Assembly: GCA_013115145.1 (NCBI GenBank)
Contig: JAAPAO010000025.1
Coordinates: 1-64,000, forward strand
DNA from: Perkinsus chesapeaki ATCC PRA-425
Taxonomy: Eukaryota > Protista > Perkinsozoa
DNA: 64,000 nt
Direction of reading: 5' to 3'
In this document: positions 1-10,799 of the stretch, piece by piece
Layout: each line of letters opens with the position of its first letter
Position numbering within the stretch: position 1 is the stretch's first letter
Translations under genes and position numbers: made by a program
Notes under the pieces: generated by a model
The model's database searches: none
What the model was told of the DNA's origin: nothing
What the model saw: the letters and a program-made list of their open reading frames with translations, nothing else

Positions 1-13
1 GTAGTATTGGTAT

Positions 14-24
14 TCTGGCTCAAG
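14..24 (+). other. Partial spliced-leader (SL) relic
   Basis: TCTGGCTCAAG matches the 3' end of the Perkinsus SL (short variant ...CATCTGGCTCAAG). Only 11 nt and at the window edge. Confidence 0.3.
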
Positions 25-559
25 CTCCTTTGTTGTGTTATTCTTCAGAGTTCATCAACTAATACCGCGACACGGGAGCGCATGCGGGCGCTTGAAGCGC
101 CGCGCTTCCACTGTCCCCTTCGCTTTCTCGCGCCGACTCTCTACCTAGTCAAGAGGCTCTGGCAAAGCAGGACTCTGGGCATCACGAGTTTTTGACGAGG
201 CAAAGAGTTGGGCATATGGAGGACCTCCAGCGGAGATTTTGGCAAAGCATCAAGCCTGCAGGTACACGCAAGCGCAAAGTAGACAGTTTGTGTTGTGGCG
301 TACAGTACATGACATGTACAACATTGTTGTGATGTTGGTTATCGGAAGTCCCAGCACATTTGACATGCCGCGTCCTCAGTTGGCCTCAGTTTAACTCAAC
401 AGCCTTTCGTAAACTAGCACTCACTGCAACAAATTTGTGACGGTATACAGTGTATACTATACACAGCCTCGTGTTCAAGGGCTAGATCAACTGTGGAACG
501 ACAGTAACTCAACAGACAACAATTCTATCTCTACCACAGTCTGTTAGGTGTTATTAATA

Positions 560-964
560 ATGCTATTGATCGTACTTCTCGTCCAACTAATCATTCTCAC
601 CCCTGCATGGCATATCCCTGATGGGGAGTTCGACGGTCAAGCTTCGAACCCTTACATCAATCTCAAGTGCCACTTCGACACCACAGGCCCAGAGCCTACT
701 GTCGTGATTGAAGCGAACTGTGATGGCAGAGAATGGCACAAGACAGGGTTGCCCCTCAAGTTGAAAACATCAAAAGATGGAATATTTGTTATCCCCAATA
801 TTGGAGCGAAACCCGTATATCGGGCGTTTATTGGCTGGCTCAGATTCAGATGCGCCGGAAGGTTTAAAGAAGGCGATTTCGCGACTTACAAAGTTACCTC
901 TGTTGGTAACCAGGTGAAGATATCTGAAGAAGGACGATGGGTTGATATTTTCAAGGCCCGTTAG
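560..964 (+). CDS. Secreted hypothetical protein with signal peptide, Perkinsus-type single module
   Basis: Intronless ORF; first ATG at 560. Hydrophobic N-terminus (MLLIVLLVQLIILTPA) followed by a beta-rich domain with two Cys. C-terminal GDFATYKVTS resembles motifs in the 25788 ORF. Confidence 0.7.
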   Translation: MLLIVLLVQLIILTPAWHIPDGEFDGQASNPYINLKCHFDTTGPEPTVVIEANCDGREWHKTGLPLKLKTSKDGIFVIPNIGAKPVYRAFIGWLRFRCAGRFKEGDFATYKVTSVGNQVKISEEGRWVDIFKAR

Positions 965-1300
965 GTCAGCTACTGGTATGTGCCAAGCCTCCACATACCA
1001 GTATAGAGTACCAGCATATCATTAGACTTACCGTATGTCTACTTAATCACTCCTTTACGTAGTATCGACGGTATTCTTTCAAAGGCGCTCCCTGTGAGCT
1101 TAGGCCTATTTCCCTCTGAACACCATGGGCTGTGGAGTTGAATATAATGATGGTACATATTGTAGAGTACTATTGCTGCTCCATCAGCCAGGTACATAGA
1201 GACAGTCACCATAATGTACACGCGTGCAGCTTATTCCCTTGGGCCTGCGTGCCTCAGGGTTGTGATAGACGTTCTGGGAATTGCTGACTGTTGCCCTTGT

Positions 1301-1322
1301 TCCGTAGCCATCTTGGCTCAAG
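1301..1322 (+). ncRNA. Full-length spliced-leader sequence (SL RNA gene or SL relic of a retroposed mRNA)
   Basis: TCCGTAGCCATCTTGGCTCAAG, immediately followed by GT (1323-1324), then ACTTTTGG. ATG at 1363 opens a 29-aa ORF. Confidence 0.8.
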
Positions 1323-2113
1323 GTCTCAGTGTACTTTTGGTTGACCTGTATCCCTCTAGCGTATGGCGGGTCGCGTTCTCTCCAGTGACAGCCCGGGGGC
1401 TGGTACCAACAACAGTACCCTGGCTGCCAGGAGCTGCCATTGCCATTCATAATGCAATCGTGAGTTATCAATCTGTAGCCTTCGGTGTGCCTCGCCCTTC
1501 TCCAGCAACTTATTTAAGCGTACTCATTAAGCGTACTCCATACTTTTTACTTATTTCGGCCTGTGTTGCTATCGTGACTGAGTAATGTAATAGGGCAATG
1601 ATTTAACTGAGAGTAACTGTGTCGCTGTCAACAAGGCCTCGCCGTGGCTCCGTCTTTACGCAACTTCTCCACGGACGATCCTCGTTTTCCACCGAGTGGG
1701 CCACTCCGTGGTGACTCACCATTCACTTCATTCGATCCAGCACCCATTTTGGGGACGGGACGTTGATACTTTAGTAATTTGAACACCGCCTCCATAACAC
1801 TCGAATCAAATACCCCACCAGATTTCTCGGCGAGAACTTTCAGTCTGACATTCGTCAACTCAGAATGCCATCAAAAGTCATGGCATCGTCAAAAGTGAAT
1901 TACTCAGGTATGGTTCATGAATTGAGCTTCGTGAAGCACCTCATGGTATGAGGTGCTCTTCATAGGTATTCAAAAAATAAGCTGTTCAACTAACTCAATT
2001 CCGCAACAACAGGAATACTATAAATTGAATGTACCGATGAGAGACTGGCGAACATTAGAAGCCCGGACTCGAAATCGAAAATCCTAACGGCGAAAGTGAT
2101 TGTCCTACCCAAT

Positions 2114-2219
2114 GTTCATTGAACCAATTCTGAGATTCAGAATCGATTCCAGCAACGCATTTTACGTGTAAAAAGCAGTTCTGGAATCGATTCTGAATTT
2201 CAAAATCGGTTTATTGAAC
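2114..2219. repeat. ~106-bp foldback hairpin (MITE-like)
   Basis: 18-bp perfect inverted repeat ATTCAGAATCGATTCCAG (2135-2152 / 2181-2198), extended imperfectly to 2114-2219. The spacer is also self-complementary. Confidence 0.7.
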
Positions 2220-2749
2220 GATCCCCTAATCGCGAAAAACTGATCGTAGATCTTCCCGTTTCAGATTCATACGCTCAAATACGCTCGTCGAGACACAATC
2301 CGAACCTGATGTTCAAAAGGTGTGGTGAGATCCAACTTTTTATTCACCTCATCTTTAATATTTCAATTCTGATCAAACTGTGGGCTGTCTTCAGCTTTAG
2401 TAACCCATTTATACATTTTTATCACTGCATTCGTTTACTACCCGGCTGGTAGTACCAGCCGCAACTCGGGAACCCGGATATAAGGTCACCTCTCAGTAAC
2501 TGGTATACTACATTTGTTCGACTAGACATAGTAGATGGGTCCAGAATCTGGACTTCAGATATATAGAATCGGTCACTCACGCCTTCCCTCCCTCGACGAC
2601 ATACCCGACAAGCAGCACGGCGTGGTCTGGGTTTCCCTTGCAATTTGAGACTAGCAATAGCCTAATCACGTAGTGTAGCAGACACGTCGGGAGCTACTTT
2701 CTACAATTCCGCTACGGTAGTAGATGAACTCGGGAGTATTGACGAATAA

Positions 2750-3450
2750 TGTTAGAGGCTCTCACAGTGAGAGCGATGGGGTCAGACTGCAGCTCTTGGA
2801 TGAGCACATCCAGCCTCCGACTGGGGATAATCACACTTTCCTTTCTTGAGTAGGTCACTAGCCTGGACCATACACTATCTGACATACCATGCTCATCCGT
2901 ATCAGCTCCCGCTATTAGCGGGGTTCGTTGAGAGAGCTCACGTTAAACGTCAACGGAGGAGTAATAACTTAATATCGTACGTAGAGATCGAGGCATGTCT
3001 TATCGTAAATTACACTGCTGCAGGGATGTCTCTTGGTAGCATAGTGATAGTCCTTGTCCGGCATAATCTGTCATCCGTGCTACCAATTGAAACACGTACT
3101 TTGCATCTTCTCAAAACATTGACTCGTTCAGTGCTAACGATGAGTGAGTTAGCGAAAGTGAGTTCCGCTGAGCGGAATTGCTCTTTACGCTTCGCAGAGA
3201 GAATCCCTGTTATAGTAGTAAACAAATCATCATTAGCTTCGATTGCTGACCTCGGGAACTTCCTCAGGTAGCTTCGATGTGGGTCTGTACTACAGAACCC
3301 ATCGCGCCATTTTCCCTTCTCATCTTCAAGGAGTAGGCGCTTGAAGGGGAAATGAAACGGTGAAAACCGTGGCTAGCTAAGCCGTCTACGTCATGGGCAG
3401 CTTCGTACATGCTTTATAACGTGTCCTTGACGGACTCCTCAAACCACACT
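2750..3450 (-). pseudogene. Degenerate LTR-retrotransposon gag/protease remnant, possibly BEL/Pao-like
   Basis: Stop-riddled minus-strand translation gives GHVIKHVRSC, then STDPHRSYL (cf. DSGSQRSY), LIAGAD and PVGGWMCS (cf. LGWVLSG) in the expected order. Confidence 0.3.
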
Positions 3451-3939
3451 ATTCTCGACAACAATGCTCATGAGCCATGCTGGAGGGTAGAGCCACCACT
3501 AGAGCGCTGTATGCATTATACAGTATAATAACTCAACGCTCAATCCATGACAACAAAGACTGATCACCAGTTACGACGTGATAGATATTCATCATCAGTC
3601 GACATGAACGATCTTGCCTGAGACGGGACCAAATGATGGAGTAATGGAAAGTATATAATAGGCTACTAGTGTATTATCATTATCAGGGAGTCATAGGAGA
3701 ACATTTGGTCTAGGAACTCATTTTCTACCAAAATTCCCTTACATCTCTTCCGCATCAGGAACGCGTTCCTGTGGGGCAAGATGACTCCCAGATCATTATT
3801 TTGGGCTCATTATATTCAATAGGTGTGCATCAATATATCAAACATGAACATATATCATATATGATATATGATATATCGGACAGATATAATAAATCTGGAT
3901 GCACAATTCAACTACCAAGTACGTGCTATATAACTAGTC

Positions 3940-6900
3940 CTAGTTCAAAAGGAGCAATTCCAGTGCACCAGTATCCCATCCTTCACCTTCTTTCACAACG
4001 TAATGAACGTCATGCACGTCGTTGAGCTTCTCCGTATTATGACTAACCGACAACACCCCTGTCGTCGGCGGTAGGTTTTTCCTTAATGTCTTGTAAAGCT
4101 CAGCGTGCTGGTCAGCCGCGAGATTACTGGTGCCTATAGCACGGAATTATGCCACGCAAATTCATTGTGTAAGTCTTTACTTTCGTCAAGAAAGAGCCAT
4201 TCGGGCTTGCTGAGGAGCGCGTGCGCGATTTCCAGGCGTTGCGCTTCGCCAGCCGATAGGATCATGCTCCAGTGCTCTCGACGGTCCAACGGGTGTGGTG
4301 GCAATAGCGTGGCTTGCTGGAACTTCGGCGATTCTCCGAATAGTGGCAGTTCTAGCGGAGTAGGAGGGGCGAAACTCGTGGACAGGAGCTGCAAAGATTT
4401 GCGAATCGAATCAAGGACAGAGTGACATTTCAAAGAGGATCGAGGATTTCGCATTAAGCGTGTGAAAGAGCACTATTCTGTAGAACAGAAGATTGCAGAA
4501 TCTGTACTCGTTATAAACAACTCTACAAATGATAAGATCCTTATTATAATAACCATCACCTTCTCCCTGATAATCTTTTATTGAACGACATTGTGGAAGT
4601 CCTCGCAGTGAGGGTTCGACATTTCAACAGGAAGAGCCCAATAACATTTTCTCAGGTCCAGCAAGATACGGTAATGTCACCGTAACGCGCCACAACACGG
4701 TCAGCCATCGAGGGGAGGCAAGATGACTTACGTGCGTGAGACCAACAAGATGAAGTACACATTCAATTTGACGATCAGAATAAGCCTCGGGATCGTCGGG
4801 ATAGCAGACTGCTTCACGCAGCGAGCCTGGGCAAGAACACATTGCAAAGTAAGACTTCGGCAACAACTTACCATCTCTTAAAGGAGCTTTTCGCGAAGGC
4901 AGAAAAAGTGACTTGTCCTTCGGCGGCATGCTGAGCCGAGATCTTGGACCAACGAATCTGATATGGCATTGACAACGTACAGTGGGAATCTGAGCTTACG
5001 GCCAGACTCCAGCCAAAGCACGCAGGAGACTTGTCTTCCCACTGCCTTCTGGGCCGCTCAAGAGGGCCCATTGCCCTTTGCCGAGTTTGAAGTTGACTTT
5101 CGTTAAGAGAGCCAAATCATCTTCTTTCTTGCCCGGGAGGAAAAATAGACCTTTTGACTCAGTGGGAGTGTAGATGTCGCACGAGTCGAGTGTTAACGAA
5201 TCGTCATCGCCTGAAAATTGATCGTCAAAGTTTATAAGTCCATGCGAATAAGAAGCATGTCTGAGAAATTTATCGACACCAAAATGCTGCATTGTTCATG
5301 AGACACAGCATCGTATTTATACTAGTTAAGTACTCCACGTGGCAGTATATGATATCGAGTATCTATTGAAACCAAAAGCCGAAACACATAGTGGCCACTG
5401 GCGACTATGTCAGCATGTCCCGACTTTTGGCGACTCGCCACGGTGACACAGGGAAATGAAATTTACTTGGCGAAGTATTCATGAAATTTCTCGGAATTTT
5501 TCACGGCTCCCTCAGCTCGTCAGGATCGAGAGATTCAAAACTGATCGACACTCCTCCGAGATTGATCAACTATATCGATCTTTTTTCATTCTTCTTCTCA
5601 TCGTTATCAGATCACAAACCCTTACCAGCAACTGGCTTAAGACCGCTCCGAGTTTTAGACAGGAGATTGAGAGCAGATTCAAACTCAAATAGCCGATTTC
5701 CCGCAGCACGCCATTTGATGATGATACCTAAACAGAGCCATAAAACCCGCACAGATCATCAATCAAGGTGCGTATACGATATTCGCTCCGAACAACCAAA
5801 TTTGGATCACTTGGAATCACTCGACATGTTCGGCAATCTATAACATCGTTCAGTTCCAACATAGCGATCTCCTGCGAAATTATCCATACTTCTCGGCAAG
5901 AAATAACTATTTATAGTTTTTGCACAGCCAAGCTCGCCTACCGTAAGATTGAACGAACCATCTGAGGGCCTCTAGCACATAGCGTAGAGCATGCACTGTC
6001 TGATTAAGATGCCCTAGAGTGATCTGGCTCGAGAAGTAGGCGCCGGAAAGCACCTGGCGAGAAAAATACGACAACGGTTCGGATTGAGATGCAACTTACG
6101 AACAGGGGGAAGATATTGCCGGTGTACTCGAAGAAGGAGTCAAATAGCTTCAAGCGTTTGGTGACAAACATAGATTCATATCTGAGATGCGCTCACTGGG
6201 AATCGAACCCACGCCCTCAACAAGCCTCACGTTATCCGTTTTATATTCATAAAACTTCTCTCGAGTCTGGATAATTCTCGGCCTAAAAGTCGCTGGAGAT
6301 TCTCCAGGTAAAGGCGGTTACCTTGCGCGTGCAGCATCGCGACATTTTCTCCGTGATCTCGAATTCTAATAAGGTCCGATCGAAAATCGGCCTCAACTCG
6401 CTGCGCCGCGTAATCCAGAACCTACCAAGATCACTGTGTGATTTGACAAGGCGACAAAGGCGCTTACAATCAATTGCTGACCAACGAGATGGGTACCGAG
6501 GGATCCTAGTAGACAGTAGACGAGAGAAGTGTACCTGAAGCAGTACAATGTGATAACGACGTATAAAAGAATGTTACTAATGCGGAGATAGATTAATAAT
6601 ATTGATAGAAAATCAGTTACTAATGCGGAGATAGAATAATAATATTGATAGGAAATAAGTTACTAATGCGGAGATAGATTAATAATATTGATAGAGAATA
6701 AGTTACTAGTGCGGAGATAGATTAATAATATTGATAGAGAATAAGTTACTAGTGCGGAGATAGATTAATAATATTGATAGAGAATAAGTTACTAGTGCGG
6801 AGATAGATTAATAATATTGATAGAACATAATTTACTAGTGCGGAGATATATTAATAATATTGATAGAAAATAAGTTACTACTGTGGAGATATATTAATAA

Positions 6901-8883
6901 TATTGATAGAAAATAAGTTACTACTGCGGAGATAGATTAATAATATTGATAGATAATACTGATAAGTCCCTAAAGCACAGTGAAACACGAAATGCATTCC
7001 TTCTGGGCATGTTTAATAGCTGCTTACAAAAGCCAACCGGGCATTCTCAGTCCATGAACACCAAAGGCGTCTTGAGGGGACAGTCGGAATAGAAGAGGTA
7101 AGAAGACAACTGACACAATATGATGGAACATACTCAAGCAGGTTCACTTACGCAAAGTGCCTCCAGAAAGCATCATGCCCGATACCAGAGACCAGCTCGC
7201 ATCTGTAAATACGTTAACCTGAGGAAAATCTTTTCAATTGGAAGGTTTAGTGGTGCCCGACATCGTTAGCGATACGCTGGTCAGGGTTGTCCAGAGTTGT
7301 GGCCTTGGTCGTTGAGCCTTCCAAACCGACTAGCTGCATACGGTAGTGACTGAATGAAAATATACGTATGAAGGGTAGAGTACGAGAAGCCCTCTAATAT
7401 ATAAAATAAATAATAGCTTTACATATACAAAACATTATACAATACAAACATTACCTACAATACATTTTACAAATTTTGTATATAAAACAAAGTGCCAAGG
7501 GTATCCGATGCTCCACTAATCTGACTAATTACATTGCTTGGATGTTATCCTAGCAAATAGATAACAAAACATCAGCTGCAAGTTAAAATACGTTGTGTGC
7601 TATAATATAGCACACAGTGCTCACTTCATGATTCATATGAGTTATTCAGTAACTGAATATAAACTTAATAATATAACAGAGCTTCAGTTATATAACAATG
7701 TAGCAATGAATGTACCGCCGCACCTCACCACAGCATTTTACCCCACCATCAAATAGAGTCTATTTGATAGACCTTGCGACCATCGAATAGACGTATTCTA
7801 ATAATACTTCATCACCGGAAGTCATTGACATTCAAACCGCCAAGTATAAAATATGTCGTCTTACGCTGAGTCCTTCAACCACATCCTCTGCAACCTATCG
7901 GTATGATGAGCTCGCCATTCCAACAGGAACATTGATCGAAGATACATACCGTATGCAGTGAGGAGAATGTCACCGAGGACGCAGAAGATCTAGACTCAAA
8001 ATATCGAGGAGGAATCTCCGATTGTTTTACAAAGTTGAAAATGTTGAGGAGGAAGTTGTCGAAGTCCTTCGCTTGAATGCAGTTCCAGTAGCGCGCAGTG
8101 ATATCGTTGACGAGGTAGGACAGTCCCACATTACACAGTGATAGCAGGGTAAGGACCTGAGAGCGCCGAGGTTGTGAAGCGCTACACCATATCGGCTGTG
8201 TGGTCTAGTGGTATGATTCTCGCTTAGGGTGCGAGAGGTCCCGAGTTCAATTCTCGGCACAGCCCTTCATCCACCTTACAAATGCATATCTCCATGAGCT
8301 CTTCTTCCCTGTCCTTCCAGAAAAGTACGGTTTGATCAGAGCCAGCATCTTGCCCAACTCTAGCGGGCTCGTGCTCCCTGAAGACATCTTCCATTCATCA
8401 GCTAACTTCCACCATGCGAGACTCACCTCCTTGAGTGTTCTCCTGTGGCGTTGTTAGCTCCTCATCGAAGTTCGTTTCCGACCACCGCAGATGAAGATAT
8501 TCGAACGCGACCACCGCAGCCTAACAGATGGATTCCTCTCTACAGCCACTGCCGTCTCGAACAAATCCTTTTTAAAGTATTATAGATTAAACGGTTTGGC
8601 GAATGTGTTCGATTTATACACTATCTTATATCAGACACTGCGGAGAACATAATAATGAAACATCATGTCCAATCGTATAGCCAGGCAGTTAGACCGCAAT
8701 TCCTCCGGAATTTACTCATCAGTCTTGAGGAAGTGAACCCGGTTGACTTAACCAGACGTATATATCCCAACGATGTGTGACACTGCTTACCACCAAAACT
8801 GCGAGCATGGCCCCATAGATCGGCCAAGGTTGAGCAGTTCTTCGTCCTTCATCATCGCTATCGCTCGTCAAAGCAGGAATAAC
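3940..8883 (-). CDS. ABC transporter, ABCD/YddA (SbmA/BacA-like membrane domain + ATPase), multi-exon; further N-terminal exons likely up to ~9600
   Basis: Exons give LIKPYFSG, RYWNCIQAKDFDNF, DNPDQRIANDV, EAA-like EADFRSDLIRIRDHGENVA, Walker A GPEGSGKT, signature LSAGEAQRL, Walker B WLFLDE, D-loop STSNL, H-loop SVSH. Stop TAG ends at 3940. GT-AG junctions checked for several exons. Confidence 0.92.
6182..6230 (-). pseudogene. 49-nt intron containing a tRNA 3'-half remnant
   Basis: GTGAGG-CTTGTTGAGGGC-GTGGG-TTCGATT-CCCAG-TGAGCGC-A-TCTCAG. T-stem 4/5 paired. Removal joins ...MNIKRIT|YESMFVTKRL in frame. Confidence 0.75.
6573..6959. repeat. 43-bp minisatellite, 9 tandem copies, in an ABC-transporter intron
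   Basis: Unit GTTACTA(A/G/C)TGCGGAGATAGATTAATAATATTGATAGA(A/G)AATAA. Copy 9 starts at 6917 = 6573 + 8x43. Confidence 0.95.
8194..8265 (+). tRNA. tRNA-Pro (anticodon AGG), antisense inside ABC-transporter intron 8157-8279
   Basis: GGCTGTG/CACAGCC acceptor stem, CTCGC-TTAGGGT-GCGAG anticodon arm, CCGAG-TTCAATT-CTCGG T-arm; 72 nt. Confidence 0.95.
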
Positions 8884-9604
8884 CTACCAAAAAGCTATCA
8901 GCTGCAGTAATACAAACCATCTATAGCGAACCATATGATTATCTGTAGACGCTCGACATTATATGGCAGTGATGGTAGATGCTCTAACAGTAGGCTCACA
9001 GCAACCCACTGTCAGTAGGCTATGCAGTGTTGTAGCGTAAGGGATATTTGAGCGCAGCATACCGATGCTCGTGCATTCGCTACAGTATAATACATTCCAA
9101 AAAATTTGAAGGAAAATGTAATTAATGAAAAACTATTTGCATTTCCAGTGCATTCCGATGTATACCAACTTTCCTTTCCAGCGATGTTCGTTATACAGAT
9201 TGGTTGCACAGGATGTGGTTCAAGCACTTGAGGAAGTAAGACCTATTTCATACTGGCTTCTATCTTGGGCGGCCAGAGCGACGGGATATAACAACCGTGA
9301 AGTACTTGGTTAGAAGCGGCGTTCAGCGGCACTGAGTCGGATTAAGGCAGGACACGGAGTTCATCACAAAAACGAAGGGATTAGCAAGCTCATTTCGGTG
9401 ACACTGATTCCACCTCAACAATACTTGAATTTGTGAACCACAGAAAATGCCTACCGGTTGAGTTCCGTTCGCGACGGGCTGCTCGCCGACCAGAGCGCTC
9501 ATCAAAAGACTGTCCGTGCTGATCAGAGAAGACTGCATTCCATGCTCCCACAGCCCGGCAGCTCCCACAGCCAAGTCTGTTCCCCGAAGGGCTCCAACCT
9601 ACAA

Positions 9605-9640
9605 GACCCAAGTTCGATCCTCGGATGCGTTATTTTTATT
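9605..9640 (+). pseudogene. tRNA T-arm-like remnant
   Basis: CCAAG-TTCGATC-CTCGG (4/5 stem) followed by a T-run; no recognisable 5' half. Confidence 0.35.
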
Positions 9641-10799
9641 CTTACTGTAGATTGCCCTGCTTCATCCTCTATATGTATAGGTGCTTTGTAGGGCGGTAAG
9701 CCCCTTACTTGACTGCATGGACTGGTAGAGGTATCATCACAAGGTGGAGGGTCGACGAGCGGCTCACCACAGACAACCTAATAGAAGAATCACTACTGGA
9801 GTCATGTGACGACGAATGCTATATAAACGGTCACATAACGGCCGTCAAGCACGACGACCAAATGTCACCATAATGGCGATTATCTTGTTTTCGTCTTTGC
9901 TAGTGTTGATAAGATGGGATAAATAATATTATATTAGTATCATAATAATGAGTATATTATTCGATTTTTAAATGTGAGCAAACGGAGTGTCGCGTTAGTA
10001 AAACCCGTACGGACAGTGGGAGTGGCACGCCCGCGCGCCCGGGACACAATGGCGGTGCGCAATAGTTCTATCCACTAGTCGCATACAATATATATTTTAA
10101 TGTTGCTCGTAAAAATATATTATTCTATTCAAAAATGAAAAGATTCTTTTCTCGCCATTTTTTTATTTTTTTCTCGTGAAATGGGTGCTGCCCGAGAAAG
10201 AATATTTATGAGAACACGCTTCCTACAAAGCTCTATACAAATACAAGTACTATTATAAACTAGTTTATATAGTCTAATATAAGTTGTATTAAAGAACCAA
10301 TATACCATTTTACATAATTATAAAATATCCACAATTCAGACGAAACTAAAAATCCTCTTTTCCTCGACAACGTAGCAATTATATCCGCCCTACCTCCGCA
10401 AGCAGTACAAGTCCGCAGACCAGACCAGGGACAGTAATTATAAACACTTTGAGATGAATACAAAAGTGTATTGGCTGCAACAACAATACTCCACTACTCA
10501 TTAACCACGCAACTCAGTGCAATAATACGGAAATAATATCATCTCATTTATCATGCTCATCATCGGCATCCTCGGCTATATAAGGCAAGTTGCTGTCATT
10601 TAACGTACTGAAATAAAATGTAGCAGAAATACTAGCACTGTCATAAAGTGTCCCTGACGTATCCTAGGTCGATTCGTGCACTGGGAACCATAAAGGAGCA
10701 TAAAATGCAACTCTCCTGTTTAAAATACAAATAAATTTCCTGACAAAACTGCTACTATACTTTCGCATTACGAAGCTCGATGAACACATTTCCGGGACG

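Noticed and set aside
4608-4628. GAGGGTTCGACATTT in an ABC intron
   Set aside because: No C61 and no stable T-stem; too weak to count as a tRNA remnant.
6573-6959. CRISPR-like array
   Set aside because: Units are head-to-tail with no unique spacers, there are no cas genes, and it lies in a eukaryotic intron.
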